Assembly: GCA_965220745.1 (NCBI GenBank)
Contig: CBDCQT010000010.1
Location: 32,001 to 96,000, forward strand
DNA from: Alphaproteobacteria bacterium
GTDB taxonomy: Bacteria; Pseudomonadota; Alphaproteobacteria; UBA828
Reading direction: 5' to 3'
DNA length: 64,000 nucleotides
In this document: piece after piece, positions 11,159 to 21,450 of the stretch
Layout of the letters: each line of letters opens with the position of its first letter
How positions within the stretch are numbered: position 1 is the stretch's first letter
The notes under the pieces: generated by a model
The model's input: only the letters and a program-made list of their open reading frames with translations
Told to the model about the DNA's origin: nothing
Database searches by the model: none
Program-made: the position numbers and the translations under genes

Positions 11159-11482
11159 ATGAGCGGGGCAGAGGGGCGCAAGCGACAGCGCGCCGTGATG
11201 GCGACCGACAGCGACTGGCAGACGGTGCGGGAGCGGGCGGACGCGGCGGGCATGGACGTCTCGCGCTTCATCGTCGAACGGCTGACTGCGCCGGCTGCGG
11301 TGCCGGAAGACGGGGTGGCGACGAGGGAGCTTGCCGGGGCGGTGGCGCGGATCGAGAGGGCGGTGCGGGTGCTCTACGAGGTCGAGAGGCAGCGCGTCGA
11401 GGACGGTGCGGGAGCGGAGACGTGGGAGCTTCTGGTGCGCCGTGCCGGGGCACGGGTCGATGCCGAGGAGGCGCTGGGATGA
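11159..11482 (+). CDS. Ribbon-helix-helix (MobC/TrwA-like) protein 1
   Basis: ATDSDWQTVRERADAAGMDVSRFIV RHH pattern; RBS ggagg upstream. Confidence 0.65.
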   Translation: MSGAEGRKRQRAVMATDSDWQTVRERADAAGMDVSRFIVERLTAPAAVPEDGVATRELAGAVARIERAVRVLYEVERQRVEDGAGAETWELLVRRAGARVDAEEALG

Positions 11483-11841
11483 CGGCGGACGAGGCGACGG
11501 GGGCGCGGCGCAGGTCGCACCAGCACACCATCTACTGCTCGGCGGAAGACCGCGTGCTGATCGGCCGGCGGGCCGAAGAAGCGGGGATGAGTTTTTCAGG
11601 CTTCATGGTCGCGTGCGCGCTTCATGGCGGGGACGAGGACGACGGAGTGGAGGGGCCGCGCCTGGTGCTGAGCGAGGACGAGCAGCGGATCCTCTACGAG
11701 CGGGTGGCGCTCCTGGACCGCTGCAACGAAGCGCTGCTGGCACGGCTGCCGGGGACGGAGATGTCGGCGCTTGGCGCATTGGCCTTCCTGGTCCGGGAGG
11801 CGGGCGGCGAACCGGGCGACGGCGGCGGGGACGACGGATGA
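11479..11841 (+). CDS. Ribbon-helix-helix (MobC-like) protein 2
   Basis: IYCSAEDRVLIGRRAEEAGMSFSGFMVACAL; ATGA overlap with previous gene. Confidence 0.65.
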   Translation: MTADEATGARRRSHQHTIYCSAEDRVLIGRRAEEAGMSFSGFMVACALHGGDEDDGVEGPRLVLSEDEQRILYERVALLDRCNEALLARLPGTEMSALGALAFLVREAGGEPGDGGGDDG

Positions 11842-12281
11842 GACGCAAGCGCCGGCCGCCGGCGAAGGTCCATTCGATCTCGTGCACCGACGCCGAGTGG
11901 GAGCGGGTGCGGGTGCTGGCCGAGCGTCGGGGACTGTCGATCTCGCGCTACATGGTCGAGTGCGGGCTCACCGTGGACCCGACGACGGAAGCGCCGAAGC
12001 CGCCCCGCCTCGTGCTGGACGAGGCGGAGCAGCGGCGCCTGCTCGACGGCGTGACCGGGATCGCCGCGCGCACGGCGGCGGAAGCGGAGGAAGAAGTGCT
12101 GACGCGCATCCGCAACGCTCTCGCTTTCCTGGTGGAAGCGAGGATGCGCGAGATGGTGCGCGACGCCCGCGAGTACGAGCTGAAAGCGCTCCTTACCGAT
12201 CTGTTCGGGGAGCGCGCGGCGGCGGCAACCGTGCAGCGTCTCACCACGCGCATGGATACGGAGGCCCTCGACTCGCCGTAG
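11838..12281 (+). CDS. Ribbon-helix-helix (MobC-like) protein 3
   Basis: ISCTDAEWERVRVLAERRGLSISRYMVECGL; ATGA overlap. Confidence 0.65.
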   Translation: MRRKRRPPAKVHSISCTDAEWERVRVLAERRGLSISRYMVECGLTVDPTTEAPKPPRLVLDEAEQRRLLDGVTGIAARTAAEAEEEVLTRIRNALAFLVEARMREMVRDAREYELKALLTDLFGERAAAATVQRLTTRMDTEALDSP

Positions 12282-12360
12282 CCGACATCCCGGTGGCGAT
12301 GACGAAGGAAACCGCCCTTCCGGCAGCCGGCACTCAGGGTCGTCTGCGCCTCGCTGCCTC

Positions 12361-12696
12361 TCACGTCAGGACGCGAAGTGCGGTCTCCGGTGCCTTGTCG
12401 AGCACCCGCAACAGAGCGCGCGCCGCCCCGGTCGGGCAGCGCTTCCCCTGCTCCCAGTTGCGGATCGTCTCGTGCGGCACGTCGATGCGCCGTGCCAGCT
12501 CGGTCTGCGAAAGCCCCAGCCGCCGCCGGACCCGGCGCGCGTATCGCGCCATGTCCTGCATGGCCTCTTCCTCGTCCTCCCGCTCCTGCGCCGCGATCTC
12601 CGCCTCGGTGGTGGCGTCCACCCTGGCGGGGTCGATCCTCCCCTCCGGCAGGGTGGAGGGATCGTCGGGATCGATCCTGACGCGCGTTGTGCTCAT
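12361..12696 (-). CDS. XRE-HTH antitoxin partner of BrnT
   Basis: RVDATTEAEIAAQ...LGLSQTELARRIDVPHETIRNWEQGKRCP; overlaps the brnT 3' region. Confidence 0.85.
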   Translation of the reverse strand: MSTTRVRIDPDDPSTLPEGRIDPARVDATTEAEIAAQEREDEEEAMQDMARYARRVRRRLGLSQTELARRIDVPHETIRNWEQGKRCPTGAARALLRVLDKAPETALRVLT

Positions 12697-12952
12697 AATC
12701 CGCGATCTCCTTGCCATTGGCCTTGCGGGCCGAGATGATGCGAACGGCCGAACCCCGCACCGTGTAGACGACGACGTACACGCGCCCGTCAACCGCGCCG
12801 AGCAGCCGGTAGCGGTCCTCGCCATAGTCCCGCCGGCGATCTTGCGCGACGATCCGCTGCGGATCGAGGAAGGCGCGGACGGCATAGGCGAAGTCGAAGC
12901 CGCGACGCTCGAAACAGGCACTGTTCTTGGCCTCGTCCCATTCGAACTCCAT
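12674..12952 (-). CDS. brnT: BrnT-family ribonuclease toxin (expected stop absent; frame stays open to 11948)
   Basis: MEFEWDEAKN...RGFDF...DYGEDRY...VVVYTVRG...RIISARKAN. Confidence 0.82.
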
Positions 12953-13031
12953 GCCGGCACCATAGGCCAATGGCCTACGCTTGTCGAACGTGCCGTCCTG
13001 CATGGCATGCCCGGTTGCCCGGCGGACCGGG

Positions 13032-16000
13032 CTACATGGAGAGACCGCCGCCGCGATCGCGGGTCTTGGCTTTCCGGCGCTCGCGCTCTTGTTGCTCCTG
13101 CTTTTCCCGCTCCTGCCTCTGCCGCTCCAGCTTCCGCTGTTCCTGTCTCTGCTGCTCCTGCTGCCGGCGGCGTTCGATCTCGGCGTCGTCCGCCTTGAGA
13201 TCGGATTCGATCTTCGCCGACAGCCGCTTGATCTCGTCCGCCGCGCCGGGGCGGCGGTCGAGATGCCTGCCGAAGGTCTCGGGGTCGTCGAGGATCCTGC
13301 GGCAGTCGGCCAGCACGCGCCGGGCGCCCTCGCGCCACGCGGCATAGCCGGGAGCCTGGGTGACGTGGGCGTCATGCGAGTGGGCTTCGCGGGCGCGCTC
13401 GTCCCGCTCCCGGAGCGAGGCCGCCGCCGCCGACAGGGTCCGGGCGACGAAGCGCTCCGCCGCCCTGCGCCGCTCCCTTGTCGCGTCGTCCAGGACCACG
13501 TCCCTGTCAGGCGGCGGGCGCCGTTCAGTGGTTTCGGCCGGGACCGGGGTCGAGACTTCGAACTGCTCGCCGATCGCCCTCAGTGCCGACAGCTCCTCGG
13601 CCGGCGCCGTCTCCAGCGCCTCGATCAGCGCCTCGCGGTCGTCGGTCAGCAGCACCACGTTGTCCCTGGCGCGCGTGAGCTCCACGTAGAACATCGCCTG
13701 GTCGGCCGGCGCGCGGTCCGTATCCAGCACCGCGATCACCCGGTCGCAGGTGAGGCCCTGGGCCGCGTGCACGGTGGAGGAGTATGCGTGGTCCAGGTGG
13801 TGCAGCTGCGGATCGTCGCGCGCCATGGCGATCTCGCGCCCGTCCTGCGTCCGTATGTGCACGTTCACCGGGCCGATGGACAGCACCTCCGCATGCTCGC
13901 CGTTGATCAGGCCGCGCGCGGCATCGTTGCGGGTCCAGCGCACCCGGTCGCCTGCCCTGAGCACCATCGGCCGGGTCTCGTAGAGGTCGAGCCGGTAGCG
14001 GATGTAGCCGGCGGGGTCGATCCGCCGCTCCCTGCCGTCGGGATGGGCCAGCAGCACGCGCCCGTCGTCCTGCGTCTCCAGCACGCGGCAGGCATCGCCG
14101 GCCCTGGCCTTGACGCCGTAGACGTCGTGATGGAAGACCGCGACGTCGCCCGGCCGGTAGTTCGCAACCTCGCCTTTCTGCGAGCGCGTCAGGTGCAGGT
14201 TGACGTAGCGCTCGATCTCCAGCGCGGGGCCGCGCAGCACGCCCTCGTCTTCCAGGCCGTGGCGGACGGCGTCGTTGATCTCGGCCTGAGCTCGTGCGTC
14301 GGCGCCAGGATCGCCGTGCCGGCGCGCAAGGACGGATCGAGGTCGAGCCAGAGCTGCGCCGCCTTCCTGCCGAGCTCGTCGCTCTCCGTCTCCAGGACGC
14401 CCTTGCCGAGCTCCTCCACCGCCATGCGCGGCTCGTCCGCCACCATGTGCAGTACCGCTGCCTTGAGGTCCGCGTCGCGCTGGCGCACCACCACGTCCAT
14501 CCGTGCCGTCGGCATGCCTGCGTCCTGCAGCAGGCCGAAGGGCTGGCCGGCCTCCACTGACCGCAACTGCCTCCGGTCGCCGATGAGCGCGAGGCGCTCC
14601 ACGCCAGTCTCGGCTGCGATCCGCGTCAATGCCCGCATCTGCACGGTGCCGACCATCGAGGCCTCGTCGAGGATCAGCACGGTGCCGCCCAGGGCCTTGC
14701 GCGCTTCCCCTGTCCTCTCCGGCGAGGCGATGCCGTCGCCCACGTCGCGGTAGCGCGTCAGGAACCCCTGCAGGGTGCGGGCCGGGATGTCGGCCTCGCC
14801 CGCGAGCACATGGACCGCGCTCGCAGACGGGGCCAGGCCGACGATCCGATGCTCCCCGGCCAGCTCTCTCACCGTGCGCAGCATGGTGGTCTTGCCGGAG
14901 CCCGCATGGCCCTGCACCCCCACCGTGCGGTGGGGCGAGAGCAGGATCGCGCGCACGGCATCACGCTGCCCCTCGTTCAGTCCGTCCGCGTCAAGCCTGG
15001 CCTCGACCGCAGCCGGCAGCGCCAGGCTGTGGCCCGCGTCCAGACCCGCGCGCATGCCGGCGACGATGTCGCGCTCGGCGTTGCGCGCCCGGTCGGTGAC
15101 GAAGGCCAGGTCGGCCCGCCTGGCCTTCGCCTCGATCAGGTGCCCGTCGCGCCGCAGCCGGGCGATCCCGGCGTCCAGCGCTTCGAGCGCGTGCCGGCCG
15201 CCCCCGTGCGCGAGCGCCCAGGCACGCAGGTCGTTGGCGGAGAACACGGTGCGCCGCTCCTCCAGGTGCTCCACGGCGCGCCGGACCACCGACAGCGCCG
15301 ACGGAGGCGCGCGCGCCTCGCTCCGGGAGAGCGCCGATGCGCCGGCCCCGTTGCGGCCCCTGGCGCGGTCACGGTCCCTTGCGTGTCCGATCTCCCGCGC
15401 CCTCTCCTGCCACGTCTCGTGCAGCACCCGCCGCTCCGGCTCGGCCTTGCGCTGCCGCGTGTAGAGCGCCGCCTGCCGTGTCCGTGCCGGGGTGTTCTCC
15501 CAGCCGCGGTCGGCCATGTAGTCCAGAAGCTCCCTACGCCGGGTCGAGAATGCGTCCAGCATGGGCCGCCGGTAGCCCGCGATCTCGAACCCCGGCATCC
15601 GCCCCACCAGGGTCGGCACCGTGGCGTAGCCGATGTCTTCGAGGCGGGTCCGGAGCTCGTTGCGGTAGTAGGCCCCGATCAGGAGCTTGGAGCGTTCCAC
15701 CGAGGTGAACTCGGCGCTGCGCCAGTCCCCGTCCCGGCCGCGCGTCATGTTGGCGATCACCGCATGGGTGTGGAGCTGCGGATCCAGGTTGCGGCTCGCC
15801 AGGTGACGGAAGGTCGCCGCCGCCATGCCGTCGGCCTGCACCCGCGGCCGCCGCCCCGTCTCCGGCTCGTAGCTCCGGGTCTGGAGAAGCTCGGTCTCGA
15901 TGAAGCCCAGGGTGGCGCGCACCGCCTCGTCGTGGGCCCGCACCACACGCGCTCCCGTCTTCGGTGGCGCATAGACCAGCGCCTCCAGCGAGACCGACTT

Positions 16001-16276
16001 GGGCGCCGAGAAGGTCACGTCCACGCCGGGCCGGTGCTGGTGCTCGCCGTCGCGCAGACGCCCGAGGCGAAGATCGGTGCCGGGCACGTAGCCCGCGAGG
16101 ACGGCTTCGAAGCGCTTCGGGTTCACCCGCCCCTGCAGGCCCAGCAATGCCGCCGCCTCGCCGTGCCAGCGACTGGCCTTGCGGTGCTCCGGGTCGTTCC
16201 TGGCGTAGTACCCGTCCACCTCGAAGTAGTGCACCGTCGTGGCGGCGGCCTTCAGGCGCGTGACGGTCGCGACCAT
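13032..16276 (-). pseudogene. trwC: MOBF (TrwC/TraI-like) relaxase-helicase with a single frameshift near 14285
   Basis: N-terminal YF..DGYY, DVTFSAPKSVS, HLASRNLDPQLHTH, Walker A GHAGSGKTT, DEASM; C-terminal helicase part (HAYSSTVHAAQG, YVELTRAR) lies in another frame. Confidence 0.88.
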
Positions 16277-16282
16277 GGGCGC

Positions 16283-17182
16283 CTACGGCTCCACCGTGGG
16301 ATCGGAGTCGTCTTCCGGCGGCAATTCGGTCAGGTTCACGTTAGGAGGGAAGGGAATCGCCACTTCCCGCGTTGGATAGATGGTCACCGGGCACCCGATG
16401 GGCTTGTCTTCCAGCCGCGCCTTCGACGCGCAGGCGGCGAGCAGCGGCGCGAAGTGCTCCACGACGTGATCGTTCCACTCGCGGTGCGGATCGCCCAGGG
16501 ACATCACGTCGGCCTCCCCCTGCAGCACCGCGCCCAGAACGAAGAAGACGAAGGACGCGGCTCCGATGGCAAGACCTGTCAGCCAGGGGCGCCACCGCAG
16601 CCTCCCGGTCATGCGGGACATGGTCTCGGTGTGACCGCGCAGAGTGCTCTCCAGTGCCGTGGCGGCCTGCGTCAACTCCGCCATGCCCTGGGCGGCCACC
16701 TCCGCCTGCCGGGCGTTCGCCTGCGCCTGCTTGCCCGTGACACGGAGACGCTTGTCGAGCGCCTCGCCCTGCGCCTTCAGCGCGGCGGCGGCCTCGGCAA
16801 GCGCCCGCGCGTCGGCCGCCTCCCGCCCGTCCCGCCGCGCGGCAAGCTCCGCCGCCTTGTCGAGCGCACCCCGCGCGTCCTCGACCGCCTGCGTCAGCGC
16901 CGCCGTCTCGCGGGCCAGAGCCTCGGCCGTCTCGTGCTCCGGCCCCGGCGTCTCCTCGAGAGCGTCGATCCGGGCCGCCGTCGCGCGCACCGTCTCGAGG
17001 ATCTCCCGGATGGCGTCGTCGTGCGCACCGGGCTGCGGCGCTGTCGCCGCGGGCGGCGTTCCTGCCGCACCGGCACTCTGCCTGCCCTCCGCCCCTTCCG
17101 GCCGGCCCACCAGCAGGTCGCGGCCGTCAAAGCCTTCCTTGCTGGAATCAGAACTGCCGCGCCTCTCCTCCGCTGGCGCCAT
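16283..17182 (-). CDS. Hypothetical coiled-coil protein with one TM helix, upstream of relaxase
   Basis: ATG at 17182 with ggagg RBS; Ala-rich helical region, hydrophobic WLTGLAIGAASFVFFVLGAVL. Confidence 0.6.
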   Translation of the reverse strand: MAPAEERRGSSDSSKEGFDGRDLLVGRPEGAEGRQSAGAAGTPPAATAPQPGAHDDAIREILETVRATAARIDALEETPGPEHETAEALARETAALTQAVEDARGALDKAAELAARRDGREAADARALAEAAAALKAQGEALDKRLRVTGKQAQANARQAEVAAQGMAELTQAATALESTLRGHTETMSRMTGRLRWRPWLTGLAIGAASFVFFVLGAVLQGEADVMSLGDPHREWNDHVVEHFAPLLAACASKARLEDKPIGCPVTIYPTREVAIPFPPNVNLTELPPEDDSDPTVEP

Positions 17183-17476
17183 GGTCGCCTCCCTGCCCAA
17201 AACGCATTGTTCTTGGCAGGGCATATCGGAGCCGGCAGGCCGAATGGCAAGGCTAACGCGGAGTTGCTCACCTTCCTCCGCTTCAAACGACCATACACCG
17301 CCATATGCTTGACAAAGTTTGGTCTCCCCGCTGACACTCGCGCGGCCTTGGGCGCCAAGCAACGCTGGGGCTGGAGTCGCGCACCCAACCGGGTCGCGTA
17401 CGATTTGGAGTCCCAAGCTGCCGTGGCTTCCGGTTTGGACCCACCACGCCACGACATCTAGCGACGTGAGACTATC

Positions 17477-18511
17477 GTGAAAAGCACATACAACCTCATC
17501 CCCACAAATCAGATTGACTTTGACCGGGAGAACCCAAGGATCAAGGTCGCCCTCGAGAAGTACGGCAACAAGCTTGACGAAAAGCGCATCCGTTTCGCAC
17601 TGCAAACCGCCACGGAAGGATCCACCAGCGCTTCCTCCTACCGCTCCTTAAAGGATTCTATCAGAGCAGCCCGAGGTATCTCAGTGCCCATCGTCGTCTG
17701 GTCCAACGACGATCGATTCGTGTGCGTTGACGGAAACACCCGCTTGGCAATCTACCATGAGCTCCACGAGGAGGGGGCCCCCGGCAACTGGGCAGCCATC
17801 AATTGCCTTGTGCTCGACGACCCCGATCAGCGAGACATCGAGACGATTCGGGTCACAGCCCACCTCGTAGGCGCACGCGAATGGCCCGCCTACGAGAAGG
17901 CGCGATACCTTCATCACCTGCGCAACGTCGAGTTCATGGACTACGACGAGCTCATCGCCCGGTGCGGGGGTAATAAGACGACGATCACCCAGCAAATCGA
18001 CGCCTACCACGACATGAATGAGTTTTACCGCGACGTCAGCAGCGACGACGCATTCAAGGTTGATCGGTTTAGCGGATTTGTCGAGCTTCAGAAGACGGGC
18101 GTCAAGGACGCTATTTACAGTGCGGGTTTCGATCTCCACGATTTCGGCCGCTGGATACGCGACGGTCAGATATACCGACTGGCCGATGTTCGAAAGCTCC
18201 CCCGCGTTCTTGCCGACGACGAAGCGAAAGACACATTTGTCAACGGCGGTGTCCGGTCAATCGAAGACGCCATCGACGTTGCCGAGGCCAACCGCCGAAA
18301 GGACATCCATGCTCCAACGGCCGATATCACAGTTGCCAATGCCAGCATGGCGGTACTGGCCGAAGCTCTCCTTCAGAGAATCAAAGCCCTGCCACGAGAG
18401 GACTACCTTGCACTCCGCGATCGGCATTACGAGACCGCGGACCAAGACGTTGACACCTTGAGTGATCTCGCCGAACAACTCCGCGACCTACTCCAAGATG
18501 TCTCAAAGTAA
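17477..18511 (+). CDS. ParB/Srx-like N-terminal domain protein (operon gene 1)
   Basis: DRENPRI, PIVV, VDGNTRLA, WPAYEKARY. Confidence 0.75.
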   Translation: MKSTYNLIPTNQIDFDRENPRIKVALEKYGNKLDEKRIRFALQTATEGSTSASSYRSLKDSIRAARGISVPIVVWSNDDRFVCVDGNTRLAIYHELHEEGAPGNWAAINCLVLDDPDQRDIETIRVTAHLVGAREWPAYEKARYLHHLRNVEFMDYDELIARCGGNKTTITQQIDAYHDMNEFYRDVSSDDAFKVDRFSGFVELQKTGVKDAIYSAGFDLHDFGRWIRDGQIYRLADVRKLPRVLADDEAKDTFVNGGVRSIEDAIDVAEANRRKDIHAPTADITVANASMAVLAEALLQRIKALPREDYLALRDRHYETADQDVDTLSDLAEQLRDLLQDVSK

Positions 18512-18950
18512 CGTGCATCGTCTGCTGGTTGTCGCCGTCGCGCAAGCCATACAACAGCGTCATCCGGCGATGCACGTTACAGCTGATCTACTCGAAGCTC
18601 CTGGCGATCCGGTGCCTCCGCGCATCGGCGGCCACCGTCCTGACATCGTCGCCCGTTGCAGTGCCGCCTGTCTCCAGTTCATTATCGCGGAAGCCAAGAC
18701 CGACGGCGATATCGACAACCGACATACTCGAAGTCAAATTGGTGCCTTCGTGGATCACCTCGACGCCATGACAACGGGCACCGGCACCTTCATCTTGGCC
18801 GTCAACGGACATGTCGCAGATTCAGCAAGGACTCTACTCCGCTTTGCCTGTCGTCAACGCGTGTCGTCCCGACTCCATATCAAAGTGTTCGACGGCCTCG
18901 ACTTCTGGACCCTGGGTCCCCCTGGAGCCCCCCTGTGGCGTTTGTCCTAA
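18498..18950 (+). CDS. Small PD-(D/E)XK-like nuclease-fold protein (operon gene 2)
   Basis: IGGHRPDIVA...IIAEAKT; overlaps both neighbours. Confidence 0.6.
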   Translation: MSQSNVHRLLVVAVAQAIQQRHPAMHVTADLLEAPGDPVPPRIGGHRPDIVARCSAACLQFIIAEAKTDGDIDNRHTRSQIGAFVDHLDAMTTGTGTFILAVNGHVADSARTLLRFACRQRVSSRLHIKVFDGLDFWTLGPPGAPLWRLS

Positions 18951-20437
18951 GACGCCAACCCGAACTTTCGCCCAAACATGCGGCGTATCCCTACCAGCTT
19001 GACGCCATTCGTGCCGTCAAGGATCTCACCTACGCAGCCATCTTTCATGAGCAAGGACTCGGAAAGACAAAGATTGCGATCGACCTAGCCCTGTTATGGC
19101 TGCAGAGCGACTCCGTAGATACCGTGTTCATCGTCACGAAGAAGTCGCTGGTCGAGAACTGGCGTAACGAAGTTGCGGGTCATTGTCACATCACGCCGCA
19201 CATCCTGTCCGGCAACCGAGCCCAGAACAGCGCGTCCCTCAACTCGCCAGTGCTCCTCTACGTCACCAACTACGAAACCATTGCTGCCAACGTACCGATC
19301 ATCAGATTATTCCTACAGACTTGTCGCGTCGGTTGCATCCTCGACGAGAGCCAGAAGATCAAGAATCCCGAGGCCGCCCTGACGCGTATCTTCCTAGACA
19401 TGGCCTCGTCCTTCGAGCGACGCATAATTATGACCGGAACACCCGCTGCAAACCGTCCGTATGACATCTGGGCGCAGATCAAGTTTCTTGATGGCGGTGA
19501 AGCGCTCGGTGATACCTTCGCGACTTTCAGGCAGAGAATGGATTTGCCCGCCAAACACGCGGAGGCGGCCGACTATGGCAGTCGGCTGTCCACGATCCAT
19601 CAACGTGTCGCCGCGTTTACTGTCCGAGAGACCAAGAACACGGCAGGTATCCACCTACCGGAAAAAACCATCACTGCTCATCACGTGGACTTGCCACCTT
19701 GGCAAATGGCAAAGTACGTCGCCTACCGCGACGAACTCGCCTATGAGTACGATATGAAAGGTGTTGTCGAAGTCGACGATGTTGAGAGCATTCTCAAGCG
19801 ACTACTTCGCCTAGTCCAATGTGCCTCGAATCCGGCACTCATTGACGGTCGATACGACCATGATCCCGCTAAATTTCCCCTTCTTCTTGATATGTGCGAT
19901 AACTTTACCGAAGATTCCAAGGTGATTATTTGGACCGGATTCATTGATAACGTTAACTGGCTAGCCGCCAAACTCGCAGAATTTGAGCCTGTATGTATAC
20001 ACGGCAGCTTGCCTATTCGCCAGCGCAATAGAGCCGTTGATTCTTTTACTAATTCCTCCAATTTAATTTTGATCGCCACTCCAGGTTCTGCAAAAGAGGG
20101 ACTTACTTTGACCGCCGCGAACCACGCTATCTTCTTTGACCGTGGCTTTAGCCTCGACGATTACCTCCAAGCACAAGACCGCATCCACCGTATCTCTCAG
20201 ACCCGCAATTGCTTTATCCATAATCTTATTGCCAATGATACGATCGACGAATGGGTTGATGTCTTACTGACTGCCAAGTATCGCGCGGCGCAACTAACAC
20301 AGGGCGATATCGATCCCGCTGCTTTTCACGACTACTTCCGTACAGACATTTCTGAGGTACTGCAAGGCATTCTGTTTCCGCGTCGAGCCACCTCAAGCCG
20401 TCAGTTGTCTGAGCAATCGGAGGCCACGGGCCGATGA
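18935..20437 (+). CDS. SNF2/SWI2-family helicase (operon gene 3)
   Basis: YPYQ, EQGLGKT, DESQKIKN, TGTP, EGLTLT, QAQDRIHRISQ; GTG start inferred. Confidence 0.9.
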   Translation: MAFVLRRQPELSPKHAAYPYQLDAIRAVKDLTYAAIFHEQGLGKTKIAIDLALLWLQSDSVDTVFIVTKKSLVENWRNEVAGHCHITPHILSGNRAQNSASLNSPVLLYVTNYETIAANVPIIRLFLQTCRVGCILDESQKIKNPEAALTRIFLDMASSFERRIIMTGTPAANRPYDIWAQIKFLDGGEALGDTFATFRQRMDLPAKHAEAADYGSRLSTIHQRVAAFTVRETKNTAGIHLPEKTITAHHVDLPPWQMAKYVAYRDELAYEYDMKGVVEVDDVESILKRLLRLVQCASNPALIDGRYDHDPAKFPLLLDMCDNFTEDSKVIIWTGFIDNVNWLAAKLAEFEPVCIHGSLPIRQRNRAVDSFTNSSNLILIATPGSAKEGLTLTAANHAIFFDRGFSLDDYLQAQDRIHRISQTRNCFIHNLIANDTIDEWVDVLLTAKYRAAQLTQGDIDPAAFHDYFRTDISEVLQGILFPRRATSSRQLSEQSEATGR

Positions 20438-21450
20438 ACCCTGATGAGACAAGCATCTCCATATTGGAGCATGACGTTTCCGCCCGCCACGAGCTTATTC
20501 CCATCGATCAACTGCTTTTTTTGCCCGACAATCCTCGGGTGTATGCTGCTATACGAGATATGTCCGATTTCGCTGACCTCACACCAGACGAGAAGCAGCA
20601 ACGCATCTATGAACGCTTGCTCCAAGAGCCTAGCGTCAAGAATCTTATACCTGAGATCCAGCGGGACGGTGGACTACAAGAACCCGTGATTGTCCGTTGG
20701 GACACTCGGCAAGTGATTGAAGGCAACTCGCGTTTAGCTGCTTACCGGAAATTACTTGACGAAAATTCCCAAGATGACCGCTGGACACAAATCCGCTGTC
20801 TTGTCGTAAAGACCCTTACGGATGAACAACAGACGCGACTTCTAGGTCAAGCGCATCTAGAGGGAAGAACCGAATGGTCGCCGTATGCGAAGGCTTTGTT
20901 CTGCTTTCGCTGGGTGGTTGAGGACGGGCGAGATATTGCTACTTTGACACGAGTATGCCGTTTTACTGCCGCTGAGATAAGGAAGAATGTTAAAATTATA
21001 GAACTAATGCAGCAGAATAATGATAAGATCCTATCTAATTTCAGCTATTACAACGTTCTCATCCGAAATCGGGTCATCTCATCTGCTATCGGAGATAGCC
21101 CACTACTGAAACAAACACTGTTGACCCAAATCAAATCTGAAGACTTTACCGCCCAAGAAATGCGCGAGCATCTTCCTGTCATTATAGCCAAACCGCGTAT
21201 TCTAAAAAAATACGAGAAAGGTGAAGTGACGCTTGATGAAGCCTTTGAACGCGCAAAAATTAGTGGCGCTGAACAACAGCTCAAGAAGATTCGCGACGGC
21301 CTAGACGACATCCGTTCAGAGGATATATCTCCGCTGGAACGCGATGCTCTCGGTGCTGTACAGCAGCTTGTTAGACAGATCAATCGGCACCTTAAGCGTG
21401 TCTCTGGTATGGTCGAGGCTAAACTTGCTGAGAAATCCAACAATTCATGA
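20434..21450 (+). CDS. Second ParB/Srx-like protein (operon gene 4)
   Basis: PDNPRV, GGLQEPVIV, IEGNSRLA, WSPYAKA; ATGA overlap. Confidence 0.75.
   Translation: MNPDETSISILEHDVSARHELIPIDQLLFLPDNPRVYAAIRDMSDFADLTPDEKQQRIYERLLQEPSVKNLIPEIQRDGGLQEPVIVRWDTRQVIEGNSRLAAYRKLLDENSQDDRWTQIRCLVVKTLTDEQQTRLLGQAHLEGRTEWSPYAKALFCFRWVVEDGRDIATLTRVCRFTAAEIRKNVKIIELMQQNNDKILSNFSYYNVLIRNRVISSAIGDSPLLKQTLLTQIKSEDFTAQEMREHLPVIIAKPRILKKYEKGEVTLDEAFERAKISGAEQQLKKIRDGLDDIRSEDISPLERDALGAVQQLVRQINRHLKRVSGMVEAKLAEKSNNS

Noticed and set aside
14810-17461. 883-aa plus-strand ORF and similar long antisense ORFs (e.g. 2844-4907, 30479-32245, 45461-47440, 60802-62847)
   Set aside because: They are antisense shadows of well-supported genes, expected in high-GC DNA, and show no recognisable motifs.
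17477-21450. ParABS partition or Dnd phosphorothioation system
   Set aside because: No ParA Walker ATPase, cysteine desulfurase, PAPS reductase or DGQHR motif is present.
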